Notes under the pieces: model-generated | Databases searched by the model: none | Told to the model about the DNA's origin: nothing | What the model saw: only the letters and a program-made list of their open reading frames with translations | Position numbers and translations under genes: made by a program | NCBI GenBank assembly: GCA_002633005.1 | Contig: NMRA01000708.1 | Location: 124,001-188,000, forward strand | Length of the DNA stretch: 64,000 nt | From: Phoronis australis | Lineage: Eukaryota > Animalia > Phoronida | Direction of reading: 5' to 3' | Shown here: one piece after another, positions 26,201 to 39,204 of the stretch | Layout of the letters: each line of letters starts with the position of its first letter | How positions within the stretch are numbered: position 1 is the first letter of the stretch

Positions 26201-28743
26201 ATACCATTGGGATACCTGGTGTCGGGTAATCACTGAATGACAGGTTAAGAATGGCAGCCTCCTTTGAATGGCGTATAGAAAGGTCTATATGGGGTACTGC
26301 AGAGGCACGTCTTTATTTTGGATTACTTGAACTTTGCTTACAAGTGTGTCCGTGGTATGTCCTCAAACCAGTAAACAACAATCAATATGTGGCTGAATAG
26401 TAGAACGGTAAAGTGTGTTAAGAGTACTTGTATTACGAAATTTACCTAAATGTTTAGGTACACCGATTACCTGGTGATAATTTCTTTGTGATGTGATCTA
26501 TGTGCATATTAAATTTAAGATTGGGATCTAAAATAAGGCCCAAGTACCTAAACTTGTCAACACACTTGATAGGGGAACTGTTGGTTGGAAGGGACCGTTT
26601 CTGTGTTTTTAATTGCTGGTGGGTTCCCAACAGCATGGACTTGGTTTTACTAACGTTAAGAGTGAGTTTATTTTGAACCAGTCAGTCATGGATAAAGGCT
26701 AGCTCATCGTTTAGAGAAGTTACAAGTTCTTTTACTGATCCAGCTGTGGATGCACAGTAATCGCAGTGTCATCAGCATGTGAAACTGGTACACTGTTGTG
26801 GAGGACAGTAGGGAGACTATTAGCAAAAATAGTTAATAGAGGGCCTAGAATGAAACCCTGATGTACGCCCGTGATAACAATTGAGTAGTCAGAAAGTTGA
26901 CAACGGACAGATCCGACTACCAGTGTGGGATGTGCCCCCTAGTGGCAGTTTTATCTTTTTTACGTTTACCTCTGTATCTTCAAAAGTCCTCAACGAATTG
27001 GAATATAGGCATCTATTAGCGAGATGACGCTAACACCTAGTTAATAGCTTTCTGTTAAAGAAATGATGGCATGTTCCCGTTTTTGGATAGATTTGACATC
27101 TTTTGCCACTATCTTGTGGCCGTTTTTATGATACAAATAAACAACCCGAGAAGCACACCGTTTGCTGTGCATTCATGAGCACATTTCAACTCTCCTCGTT
27201 GCTCTTGCATTCTATTGTACACATCATATCATCACTGGCTGGACCTCATGGGTCATGTCAATCAGATGCTGTATGTTAATAAACCAACAAAACAGCAAAA
27301 TAAAACATAAATAACTAAAACCACGCACACAGTGTCACCCAACTGCTGTACAATTATTAGGTGTTACGGGTAGCTTCAGAACTAGGCTGAATACTATTTG
27401 CTTGCTTGTTTTCTAACCAATTGGTGTTTCATTATTATCCATGTTATATTCCATCCCAGGGTGACCCCTATTTAAAGAATGAAAAGCTGCCCTCTGGAGG
27501 AACATCTTATGAAGACAAAGCTGAGGAGAGGAGAAGAACAGTTGGCAGTGATAACCCTTATCAAAGGGATGATGCACCGGCCTCTGTGGACATGTAAGGC
27601 TACACTGATGGATTATTAATCTGTATTTTCTTATACTGATGATGTCAAACAGTCACATCCTAAGTTAAGCCATGTACAGCATCATCTTTGGAAACTTTTT
27701 TTTCTGGAATTCTGAAAACTGATGAATTAAGCATTATTCACTGTCGCTGTTTATCCCAGACTGCAGTTGCAGGGCTGAAGTTAGTTCCGTGCTAATCACT
27801 TTCTTTGAAATATTTTTACCTGGTGTACATTTTCGTTGTGACAAGTTAGTGTTCCTTATTTTGCCTGATGTCTCTTTGATGCCACCATATGCTGCGTGTT
27901 TAGTTTTCTGTTCCCTTTTGCATCTGGGGTATTCTTGTCTTCCACAGGGCGATATCCTCAACCAACCTAGGTCACAAAATGATGGAGAAGATGGGCTGGA
28001 AGGCTGGAGAATCTCTGGGCAAGGGAGATATGGGAATCAAGGAGCCGGTAAGTTGGAAAGATTTCTGTTTATTTCACCTGCACTGTGTTGTATACTGGAG
28101 ACCAAATATCGCTGTGTCAAATTACTAAAGCAATTGGCTTGACTCCCCACTCCTGTGAGTCACGGTCTGTGATCTTCTGCTGTGTCTACTGAGTCTAGAT
28201 GCTGCATATAGGAGCCCGGTTCACAGCTTCTTTGGGTGCAGCCACACCTTGGGAATTGGAGGTCTGGTTTTTGTTTGTGTGGTTACTGGATAGGTCTCAC
28301 CATCTTTGCAGGTGCCAGTTCTTATCTTGTTTACCTTGTCTTACCTTGAATGCCAGTCTAATTTCAGTTAAAGTGTGTATTAGTGTATAATTTTCTATAT
28401 TGTCTTTTAATTGTAGATTAAAGTCAACATACGCTCCAATCAGCAAGCTGGGCTTGGGTCAGCTCATACAACAGAGCACTCCATAGACAACCCTCAACTG
28501 GCAAGGAAGGTAGAGAAATGGGTCAAAGTTCAGAAACGCTATCAAAAATTGCAGTCAAAAAGTGGTACTAATGTACCAGCTGGTGTATTTGAACCCATGG
28601 AGATCAATCAGAAGCTAAAGGTTAAAGGTCAAACCTGGGTCAAAGGTGGAGTAGAAAATGTGACTGTACCAGAGTCAGAAGAGACTGTTAAACCAAAAGT
28701 ACCAACAAAGAATTTTGAAAAAATATTTGAAGATCTTCCCTGA
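20264..28743 (+). CDS. AGGF1: Angiogenic factor with G-patch and FHA domains 1 orthologue (683 aa with exon 3b, 602 aa with exon 3a)
   Basis: Phase-consistent GT-AG exons: 20264-20734, 21930-22124, 22717-23032 (or 22611-22683), 23902-24065, 24313-24414, 25478-25637, 26013-26095, 27460-27593, 27948-28047, 28417-28743. Domains: coiled coil, OCRE (GMYYDYNTGYYYDP..LYYDSNSGIYY), FHA (TVGRE..VSKMH..DHASQNGTFVN), HIHPGTETCDGCEPGQV and G-patch (NLGHKMMEKMGWKAGESLGK..AGLG). Confidence 0.95.
21187..21380 (+). mobile_element. tRNA-derived SINE in an AGGF1 intron
   Basis: A-box-like TGGCCTGGTGCG and B box GGTTCGAGTCC, no complete cloverleaf, followed by a cccttgag body motif; right end approximate. Confidence 0.6.
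22611..22683 (+). CDS. AGGF1: Candidate alternative (mutually exclusive) AGGF1 exon 3a
   Basis: Acceptor cctttctttttttgaattag, donor AG|gtacgt, 73 nt, open as EESLADITDALSNLNIQQLRQNAI, same 0/1 phases as exon 3b. Confidence 0.65.
24727..25240. mobile_element. 514-bp MITE in an AGGF1 intron
   Basis: Perfect TIR cagggcttggaat / attccaagccctg; direct repeat GGGTCTT on both flanks. Confidence 0.85.
26465..26915 (-). mobile_element. Degraded LINE reverse-transcriptase fragment
   Basis: Minus-strand GVHQGFILGPLL, HADDT, LTLNVSKTKSMLLG and FRYLGLILDPNLKF motifs. Confidence 0.8.
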
Positions 28744-28896
28744 CACACATATTGTTATCTAGTTATTATATGCCTGGTTTTGTCTGTACAAATAACAATT
28801 TGTGATACCTTTATTGCGCAAGCATGTGTTTTATTTACACTGTCATCATGGATGACAAAAATATATACACCTCAAAAGGAGATTTTATTATGGTAC

Positions 28897-28897
28897 C

Positions 28898-28937
<40 letters not shown>

Positions 28938-28943
28938 TTTATT
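28897..28943. repeat. (TAT)n microsatellite downstream of the AGGF1 stop
   Basis: Seen directly in the sequence. Confidence 0.95.
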
Positions 28944-31900
28944 ACTGGTACCTCAAAATGCAAAAGAATCCACTTTCATGCACTGTCAACCGATAAGCAA
29001 TGCCATCCCTCACTCAGTCTTGCTTGGAAATGGTCCTAATACAAAATGTTTTACTATAGAGGATGTGCTTATTCCATAATATACATGTCATGTACAGGTA
29101 TTTACTATTTCCTTACCAAGGTCCTCACTGAAGTCAGACTGGCTAACTATCATGCCTCGCTTTGTCTTAGTGACAGGATCAACTCTGTCAATTCCATGCA
29201 CAAACGTGTCCTTGCACCGGGATGCTGTAGTCTTGTTTCTTTCTCAGCACTACCCGATGGCTTAACCATTGTGAGGCATATTTTGCCTAAAAGTTTCGGG
29301 CGTGTGTCGGATCCACCGTCTTCTTACCCACTACGCATAGTCTCTTACAACGGTTCTCTATTTTGAGAACCAATTTGATGCCTGTTATTCAGGGGAGAAA
29401 ATTGGTTCTCGAAAATGTGGGGCCCCTGTAGGTGTCTGTTATCCCACTTCAACACCGCTTTGAGACTGGGAATGACGTGATCATCCATTCTTAATGTCAA
29501 GCTCTTTAAACTCTTGAACTCTTTCTTTTTGTTTGAATGGATTACTAACCGAAGCCAATGCCCTTTCTTCAAATAGCCTGGCACTTTGCAGTTTTCCACT
29601 CCAGGGAAAACAGAAAATTATCAATAACATGACGTGAACTTTTCTTCCCGTCTGTGTGTGCTGCATGTCAATCAGGTCAACCTCCATCCAGGAACACAGA
29701 CTGCTGTCCATAATACATGGTAGATGTAGACAGCAGGGACGAGGCTCACTCAACACGTTCTAGGAAATTCTTTGACAACAGCCTATCTTCATTGGTATAG
29801 CCGTTTACAGTTAGTACAGTAATAATCAACATCTAAAGTAACCCAGCCAGTCGTCTTACCGAATTGGTGGGTAACCAGTCCTTACAGCCACTACTGTTAA
29901 TCATTATACGGCCAATGTAAGGTCTACGGCAAACACTGGAAAACGTACCCATATCAAATATCTTATCTCGCAGCAATGTTTTTTTTTTCATAAGTTCTTC
30001 AGTCCAAGCTGGTAACCTTCGAAACTCACAGGCACATGTCGTTTAACCACTAGCCATGCTGTTTAATTTTGGCTAGGTGAGAGTCCGTGCAGACTGAGAC
30101 CTTGCGTACATCGGACAATATTTCGTATACAGATGAGACACTGGAGTTTGTAATGTATGATGGGTGTCATGGACACTCGTATGCTGCTCTTGAGGCAGCG
30201 GCAGCTTTTGGTGGTACACAAGCCTGTACTTTTACACTTCTTTTTGGGTTACCAAAACGAGCAGCTTCCCCCAATGGCGATGTCTTGTCCATTTAACTCC
30301 CGGTGGTTCTCTGCTAATTCACCTACTTTGAAGCATCATTTCAAGTCTTACCATATTTTATTGCATTCGAGGCCAGAGTATTGGGTAGCATGACAACAGT
30401 TTTTGGAGTCCAGGGTAGACAGTGTGAATGTGGGCTCACACTTAACCGATACAAATGCGAGTTTCATTTGACAACGATAACCCACATTGTGTTCTTGGCA
30501 CGACGTAAGTAAGACGGGCTTTAGTAAATTGGACAGCAAAATTGAGGCGATAACAAGCGCAAGACAGTACGTGGATGAGTGAGGTCAGATCCTTTCTGGG
30601 ACTGGTTCTGTTCCCTTCGAGATTCTTACCCGATTATTCGGCAGTCTCAGAGCTTTTTCGTGGGCTGACCAGGAAGGTATAGGTATTTACTTGGGGCGCA
30701 ACCCAAGAGGTCGCGTTTACAAAGCTGAAGGAGATGATAACGTCGACTGAGACATGGGCTCATTTCCGGAGTTTTAATTTTTTAAATTTTTAGTATGAAA
30801 TATTCAGTACAATGAATATACATACAAAGAAAGTGCCAAGAGGCATTGTATCTGGGTTAAATAAGTACAAAGAAATATATACTCTGCAACATATTCGTGG
30901 CGTACCCCGGATAAAATAGCGGATTACGATAAATACAATTATATACAAAAACATAAATTTAGAAAAAACAGACAAACTCTGTTAACTATTTTTGGACTGG
31001 TATTTAATCTTCAAAGACTTCATGCAGTTGTAGGCCCCCACAGGCTGTTGATATTATCATTCTGTAGATATCAGACCCATATGGCTAGAGGCGATAATAT
31101 TAATTTTTAAAATTTCGTTTTGAAAGTTTTTTAAATAGCATATTTGATTAGGTCAAGAAACGTGCGCCTGGTTCAGGTTTTTGAATTTTGAAAATCGAAT
31201 GCAAACCAATTCAGCGACTTCGCCAAACTTTTGCCCTCTCCCTTTCTTATCTCCACCACCTCCCCCCATTCTCCGGATGTCGCCAATTTAGAAACACTTC
31301 CTCACGCCCGCCCGGCACAAGTGGGAGCACGGTTTAACTATGACGCCTGCAAATTTTTGGGAGGAGGGGGCAAGGCCCGCGCTTCTTACGTCCTTGCATT
31401 TACGTGTAAATGGTAGCTTTCTATAGGGATTTTGGTTTTATCGAGAAGGGTGCTACCCTTATACATGTACCTATCGATATGTCTCTCGCTTCATCGTATT
31501 ATGAGACTGGGGCATTCTAGTATACAGAAGACTGGCGAGCTAATATGTCAAACATTAATGAATACAAAAAAATGTTTTGGTGATTCGAGACAACGTGAAT
31601 TCGTCGGATGAAAATCAATAATTTCGCAAGAATTAATTCTGTATAACAATAAGAATAAATTTAGAGGCTACCTAACTGCCAATGACATTGCTATTACTAT
31701 ACGGGTAGCATAACACTTTTGCGAAGGTTAAATTCGTTTTTATTTTATAGCAATAACATGTATAAATATATTAAACGGTTATCCACATGGGACCACATCA
31801 ATAATTACCGAAATGAAAATGTCATACTTACGGATCGTTCGAACCTATATTTGCGAATCCCATCATGACGTAGAGAAAACACCATGAAGTACAACTGAAA

Positions 31901-33381
31901 TGCTAAGTAAATATACATTACTGTTCTCCCTGTCCAAATTTACCAACATTAACGTCAGTTTTGTCGACCATTTTAAATATTAATATTTTACAGCGCCACA
32001 GACGAAATACGGGTGTTTGCTGGACATGTGACCAACCAGGGGCGGGACTAGCCTAGAAATTTAGTTCGAAGGCCGTGAAACATCTCCGTGTCTGTGGTCT
32101 GCAGTCGTCGCGGGACAGTGCCTGACGAATACCGGCTTACCAAATAACTATCCATACATTCCGTTGTCAGAGCTTGTTCACGGCGCCTCTTTACAAGTTC
32201 TTCATCACTGTATTCCTGTTCGAACTGATAGCATGTGAAACGTAACGATCGATCCACCTGCGAAGTCTTCGTCGGGATGAGCTCTAGATCGTCTAAGTCG
32301 GGATTGCGAGTTGCCATGTCGACGTTTATTACTGAGCGTTCTGTTTCAAAATGAACTATTCTCACCCTTATCAATACTGATACAAAAGTGAAACAAAGTC
32401 TGTCTCATTAGATGCAATTTGTAATGCCTTTGGAGTGTTCGTGAGTGCAAATGATTTGAGAAGCCATCAATGAATAAATCACTGCGTTACCTGCTTTAGG
32501 TGCAATAAAGCTAATTGACGGGACACCGAGGCCGTGTGAGCTCATGCTAATTCAGTGCTTGCTGACAGAAACTGTTTTGAAACAACTCGCTTTCTATCCC
32601 ACGGCCAGGTGTTAGGGATATCTTTATTTACATTTACATTATTCAAATAATGATCGTCAATGCACAACTTGTGCCCTGACGGTTCTGTGGCCAAAGCGGA
32701 ACCTGAATTCCGGCGTGGCCACCGACGAGTAAGTAGATATGCAGTTACGTGCCTAATTCACCAACATAACCACGTGCACTTTACTTCTTTGGCTCACTAG
32801 TATAGTATTTTTTGACTGGTAGTTTAGTTTCAACTTTGGATGGTTTATGTTCGTGATGTCTGATCGGTTTCCGAGCCACGACTGGCCGGAATAACGATCA
32901 GTCCGGCCGCGACGGGCCTGATCGTGCTCCGAGCCACTGGCCAGGATAACAAGCGTTTTGCTGTGTTTAGAACTAAAAAATCACAAGTCTAAACAACACA
33001 AATCTAGGTTCTCCTGTCTGTATCTCACGGAAAAATACTTCGAATTATCTCCGAATAGACCCCAAACTCCTGCTACGGACCTTATTGGCCTGCCGAACTT
33101 TGTAGGCTAAGGTGTGTCCAAAGTACAATAAATCCGTAACAACGAAATAAAACAACACGTTTTTATAAAAACTCGGTATATTTTTAAGGGTTTTACATCG
33201 AAGTTTGGTGATTTATTGGTGTTAAAAGATGAATTCAAGCAATAAACTGACACCAGCAACCCGTGTTGTGAACTGCTGAACAGACCGTTGCGTGTGAAAC
33301 CAATTACGTCATTGGATAATTTCAACACTTCCGTCTGCCGTCAGGTGTCAGGTAACGCAGCCGTACGTGCCGTTATGGAGT

Positions 33382-33632
33382 AGGGGCCCGTTCCAACAAA
33401 ACAGACTTAGCTAAGACAAATGTTAAATTTTAGTAAATTTTAAAATACAAGTTAAATTTGCCTCAAAACTAATTCAAGAAAGAGATCTAAAGTTCGACTT
33501 AAGTGCGTGACATAAGTTTTGTCTTAATTTTGACTAACTTACCGAATGTGGAAGTTTCAAAGTTTCGAATTTAAGAAAAATCTTAAACTTAAGTAAAAAA
33601 TGAACTTAAGTCAGTTTCTTGGATCAGGCCCT
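33382..33632. mobile_element. Harbinger-like MITE
   Basis: Imperfect TIR ggggcccgttccaacaaaacagactta / taagtcagtttcttggatcaggccct; interior rich in ttaag. Confidence 0.55.
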
Positions 33633-34392
33633 TGAACTACTCGATCTAAATTGATACAAATTAGGTTGTTTTTTGGGTGGCATGCTCCTTAAAACTTTTA
33701 TGGTTGCAAGCGGGAAGTTGAAATTTAGCAGGAAATTCAGAAACCCTTCAGAAACTTAGGACTTGTAAGAAATCTGGCAGGTCGACACCCTCTTTTCACC
33801 TGATTTTTGTAATCCATTACAGCGTTCTGTCGTTCAGTCACTTTTCCAGACGAGTGAGGTGTGCAGGAACGTGCGATAACATCTGGCTCTTTTGTTAACT
33901 ACCCAGCTCAGTGTTTTGTCCTGTATGATAACAAGCAGGCCAATTATCTCCCAGGCTTCAAAGGAAACGTATGGAGGTTGCACGCTATTACCGAACGCGT
34001 ATGAACAGTCAAACCCATTGCGTCCGTTTGGACAGAATAGATTGTCTTAACTTCTGTTGTAGTTGGGCGATTTTGGTGATTCAAAAGCGGAGCATGATCA
34101 GCATTTGAAGAGGAATTCAGCAATGATATTGGTTTAAGCTCAAATATGTTATAACTTAACTTTCATTATTATCAGCCCAGCCCAGTCAGTCTAGATAGGA
34201 TCTGATTGGAGATTAGAGCAATTATCGAGCAAAAGAGCGCAGGCCCTCCAACCATAAATGCCAGAATGAAGTTAATAAGTCGTGTAAGATGTTGGCTACG
34301 GGGGTAAACTTCCCAACTTGTTGTTGGGCTATAGAATCGAACAAGTTGGGAGCAACGGGAAGTCGCCGTCATGTGGAGAGTTTTGCCAGTCT

Positions 34393-34541
34393 CAGCGGTG
34401 TACGTGGTAAAATTAGAGGCGCTCAAAGTCCATCGTTCCACCTTGAGCACTGAACGCAACTTACGGTACGTAGTCGCTACGTTTAAATGCCAAAAGATGG
34501 TTGGCTGCTCCTACGTGCGCCTACGCTCCACTACAGCACTG
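34393..34541. mobile_element. hAT-like MITE; relatives at 50950-51066 and 54372-54488
   Basis: Termini cagcggtgtacgtgg / ccactacagcactg; 8-bp flanks gccagtct/gtcagtct; shared interior gtggtaaaattagagg...cactgaacg.aacttacgg...aaatgccaaaag. Confidence 0.7.
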
Positions 34542-34624
34542 GTCAGTCTGAGTAATCCCGGCTCTCAGTTCGTAGTATTTGCATGCTAATGGCAACTTTG
34601 GCAGTGAAAGTTGCTGATTTGGAT

Positions 34625-34749
34625 CACAGGCGTCCTCATGGCTTCTGATCGTCCCCAATACACTATACACACACACACACANACACACATATATACAATA
34701 GTATATTATATAGTGTATTGGGGACGATCGGAAGCTAAGGACGCCTGTG
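34625..34749. mobile_element. Short MITE of the CACAGGCGTC family with an internal (CA)n tract
   Basis: TIR of about 40 bp; flanks atttggat/atttggag; an N at 34682 makes the true length uncertain. Confidence 0.75.
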
Positions 34750-37002
34750 ATTTGGAGTAGGCCTAGCCTACATGTATTTTTGGTCATTAATTAGTCGGCT
34801 GCACTTCCACGTAAAAGATGGGGATCTTGACTTTTTAATCAGTTTAAGCTCAATAGACTTTGTGCAAGGTTTTCGAAGTTTCTGGCCCAGTATACTGCTC
34901 ATATTTCTGGTATTGTACATCCGGGACAGACTTGGAGCTGTCAAGGCCTGTTTCTTCAAACCCAAAATCTGTAAGTGAACTGTTGAGTACCACCGTAGTA
35001 AAGATCGAGCCTGGCATACTCGCGAAAAAGATGCCTTTCAATCACGTGATTTTGCGTGGTTTTGCTTTTTTGCGAGATTGTTACGTCTACGGAACGCACC
35101 ATTGTTATAGGCCCTTACAACTACGTACGAATTTATTAATGATAAAGCCTTGGACCAAGAGGGCCATCCCAGATTACACAGCGACACTCGAATCTCGTTG
35201 TATTTACTCTCAATGCCTAAAACATCCGTACATTTGCTACCTCGTTTTGGTGCCATTGAAGCTGGTATGTTATTTGTTGTCCTATTCTTTACAAGTTTTT
35301 CTCGGTTGCATTGCTCTATTCGTCTTTCCTGTGCTAACGAAGTACAATACTATTGGCTGCAACTCCGAAGTGAGAAAGTTTAAGTTAAACAAATACCAGT
35401 GGATGCGGGATGTGAATTTCTTTGCCTTCCCTACATCAATGAGAGACACGAAAACTGTCCGATTTCCAAAAAGAGGTCACGTGCTTTCTTAACTCCGGGA
35501 CATAGGAGAATTCTACTGCCGTGTAATTCGGGATTGTCCAAGTGAAGTTCACCAATTACTTCAAAGCGAAGAGTAACCGTCGCTAACTTAGCTCTTAAAG
35601 TTTCCAGTTTCCGCTAGAACTAGGAAGCGCAACGTGAGTAGTTGAAAACGTTATTTATGATCGAAATATGTCCCGAATAATAGATAAATGATACGTGCGT
35701 CGCAAGCTCGTTACCAGAGATGAAAAGGAGACCGAGGTTGGCGATATTATGTCATCTATTATGACTAATTCAATTACAATTACAAGTAAATATAGGCCTA
35801 GTGAATACAGATAAGTAAAATAAAAATGATAATCTTTCGTAAGATGGGTAATAAAAAAGCGCCGGCGACGTGGAAGTACATGTATGAGAGAATGACGAGA
35901 AACTGGGTGGTAGATGGTGTGAAAAATTATTAAGTTTTGGAACGTACGACAATGTGGCCAGAACAAAGGTGAACTGCAAACGAGGTTACAATAACAAAAA
36001 ACGCTTAAGGACACGTGACAATCATCAGCCTATGAGAGCCAAGAGCTGACCAAACTCAAGGCACGTGATAACAACAGACTAATACAAAAGCGTTAAATTT
36101 GACAAAGAAAATTCAAAATGCATTTCATAATTAGTAAAATGTATCGAATTGTCCAAACACCTTAGAAATCATGTGATAATGTTCAACTAATAGCAATTAG
36201 CTTGAATAAAAGTAAAAATTCATGTTAAAAATTCTTGACACCATTACATGTACGTTGTTTAATTTAGATGATTTTCGGCAGTTGTTCCACCCAAGCTATT
36301 GAAAAACTATACGTTTCGTCAGTTTACTGGAACTCAAACAAACATGATTTTGAAAGAGTGCTGCCATTTCAACTACATAACTATATCTATCTCAAAACGT
36401 CGCATCCCAAATTGTACGTGGGAGTACTAAACACACCTACAGAGCAGTTGAAGCCATTGTAACAACATTTCCTCTAGATTCCTCTCTTTATGTTTCCTTT
36501 TTGCTACAAACTATCGGTTTATATTTTCATGGTGACGGTTATTGTTTCTCTCTGTTTCTCCGTGCTTAGAAACTTTACGTTTTTATAACCATTACAGCAA
36601 AGATAAATCGAAATTCGTTTCTGGGTCCGTCCCATGTGGTGGTTGTCTGTTTTCGCCCATCTTGCACAGTAATGTCTATTTAACTTGTCTCATCATCATA
36701 AATAATAGAAATCTCGCCCTTCTTCTCTGCCACTGAATATTGATCACAATAAGTCAACTATTAAACATTTTTTTCGGATTATATTTGATTATAATTTTAC
36801 TCACAACCATTAAATTTCCTGGCACACAAGCAATATTTCAACTTAGAAGCTGTCGCCTACGAGTTTAGTATGAAAGAGAGAAGCGACTCTTTCTACGTTA
36901 TTGCGTCATTGTAACATGGTTGCACTCATATGCTACGTTTAGCCTCAAACGTATTGCTGGCGCAAACATTGAACGATCCATCCTGTACACTAGTTCAGTC
37001 AC

Positions 37003-38172
37003 TTAAACTCTCATCCAAACAGTTTGCAAATCTTCACGTGATACCTTTAAAAGTTCTCCAGTAACTGTGTCGATGGCAACTAAGTCAACTTTTGCATCAA
37101 CGCTTAAGAAAAACGCGTTTTCTGGAAAATCTGCATGAAACGGCGTACTTTTGAAAAGCTGTCCTGATGAACTTGTGAAATACACAGAATCATGACCGAC
37201 TCCGATATGATGAATTTCAGATGACGAAGGCACCAATGCAATAACAAACGTCCATGTAGTTCCCTTTTCATCTGGTCTGTCACCGTAAGTTCCGTTTTTG
37301 TAGAAAATCGCATTTGCACGGGCCATCCACACCCCAGCTCTACCAATACATAATGCAGAGCCTGATACACCCATCGGCTCAACACCAACAAAACTATTTT
37401 GCCCTGTATCAAAACCGTACACATACCCTAGGTCGTGAAGTCCATTATTTGTTGCCCAAACGCTTCCGGAAATAGGCGATACGGTGACGTGTTTCGTATT
37501 ACCTGGGACATTCACTCGATCAGTCGTTGTAAGACTTTCAATGACAGTTTCGTTAGTGAGCCCTGGAATAAAGAACGTGCTATAAGTTGATCCGGATTTT
37601 TGAACAACCCAAACGACTTCATTGCCAGCGGAAACACTTTCAGCAGAGGCGCCCTCCAGTAGAGCAGACATGTCCTTCCAACCAGTGGACGTCATGGCAG
37701 TGACCGTTCTTACCGACCTGTGAGAGCCCATCTTATAATAAAGTTTGCCGAATCTGTTGATTGCCCAGACACCCGCACTGCCGCACGTCAGCCGCGACAC
37801 ATCCGTGATCCCTGGCAGCTTTAACCAGCGGGATTTTGGTAATTCAAAGTGTATTTCGTACACTGTTGAAGATGAGGCGTTTGACAAGGCAAGGGCCTGA
37901 CCAAACGGTACATTCATCCAAGTAAATATGCCACAAACAAATTGTACATCATGACAGCTCGTGTTATGGCGCGTTGCACTTACGGCTCGACATAGTCTGT
38001 CTCTCAAACACAACAGTCTACATTTACTCTCTTCCCAAACCTTTTCTGTACTCGAGGCAACTCCGTTGATACGCCTTTGATGATAAACAGTGAATAATGC
38101 ACCACAGTTGACAAAAGCGAGGTGAACAATTAGAAGTGTTGTACAAGACAACGCCACTTGTAGACTCAACAT
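37003..38172 (-). CDS. Probably secreted PAN/apple-like plus tectonin-like beta-propeller protein (lectin-like), single exon
   Basis: ATG at 38172 begins a signal-peptide-like stretch (MLSLQVALSCTTLLIVHLAFVNCG); CRLLCLRDRLCRAVS...C pattern; Trp-rich repeats GVWAIN..GKLYYK, VSAGNEVVWVV, SVWATN and GVWMA...IFYKNGT. Confidence 0.75.
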   Translation of the reverse strand: MLSLQVALSCTTLLIVHLAFVNCGALFTVYHQRRINGVASSTEKVWEESKCRLLCLRDRLCRAVSATRHNTSCHDVQFVCGIFTWMNVPFGQALALSNASSSTVYEIHFELPKSRWLKLPGITDVSRLTCGSAGVWAINRFGKLYYKMGSHRSVRTVTAMTSTGWKDMSALLEGASAESVSAGNEVVWVVQKSGSTYSTFFIPGLTNETVIESLTTTDRVNVPGNTKHVTVSPISGSVWATNNGLHDLGYVYGFDTGQNSFVGVEPMGVSGSALCIGRAGVWMARANAIFYKNGTYGDRPDEKGTTWTFVIALVPSSSEIHHIGVGHDSVYFTSSSGQLFKSTPFHADFPENAFFLSVDAKVDLVAIDTVTGELLKVSREDLQTVWMRV

Positions 38173-39204
38173 CACGTAGCAACAGTTTCCTGGTAGTGCT
38201 ACAGCTATCCGATAATCCAACCAGTAGCGAACTAATGAAGTATGAATGTGCTTTCAACTTAATAACATTACGCAAAGACAAAACAAATTCCTTTTCCTAT
38301 TATACTGACAATGCTTTGATTACCAAGATCACCATATGGTTTGAATGATATTTTTTAATCATAAATGTATGTACGAGTTCGTGTGTAGGCCTATGTATGT
38401 GTTAAAACAATAGTCCCTAGTGATTTGCAAGGGCGTTCTCATTAAATACCTGGTTGAATGAGATTTCAACAGTTACTTGAGTGTTAACACATAATATAAA
38501 GAAACCAGATGTCATCACAACGAAATTGTATGCAGTAAATCACGAATCCTCACTTGGCACAGTCTGAAGCCGAGTGACACTCTGCCATATTAGATTTACC
38601 CTGAACTCGGAAGTGAGATTCATTCAAGAAGAACAAGATAACAAGGCCGTCTATCTGGCTGTGCTGGGTGCGAAAAATAACCTGGTCAAGCTTCTTACTC
38701 TAGAATAGTTCCCATCGCAATTTATTGCACTCCTCCCGATTACGCACCATCATTTCGCCAGTCTGCATGTTCGATTAATGAATGGCGAGGTTTTACTCTT
38801 AGTTAATACATGTACCTAGGAGTATAATACATCACCCAGGTTAATATTGGTTGTAAATAACAAGGAATAACTTTTCGTGGGGCGAAGTGAACCATGCCAA
38901 CTCTCGAGGAGGCTTCTTACCCTCTGACACAGCGCCACCTATACATGTACCTTTCGTAGCACTGTGAACGCGTGTAGGAGGCTCCCTCGATGGTGACCGG
39001 GCAGAAGAAATAAACAAAGTGCAGATGCGTGTTATTGCAATTCTTGTGAAGAACTTGCTATTTTGAATTCAAGATTTATTTTGTTTATTTGTGGAAAATT
39101 CCACGTGCGTGTAATGTTTTTGTGCCACTTAGCATTATTAGCGACCAACGAGGCCGGTGTTACAATATTATATTTGTGTTTTTAAGGTGATATTTATTTA
39201 TTCA

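Noticed and set aside
28780-29079. Poly-Leu and poly-Ile ORFs
   Set aside because: Translations of the (TAT)n microsatellite.
29345-30760. Possible minus-strand gene downstream of AGGF1
   Set aside because: I could not build a phase-consistent exon chain or recognise a protein.
34860-35492. 210-aa ORF
   Set aside because: Non-ATG start, no recognisable motifs and overlapping ORFs of similar quality; probably chance or decayed TE.
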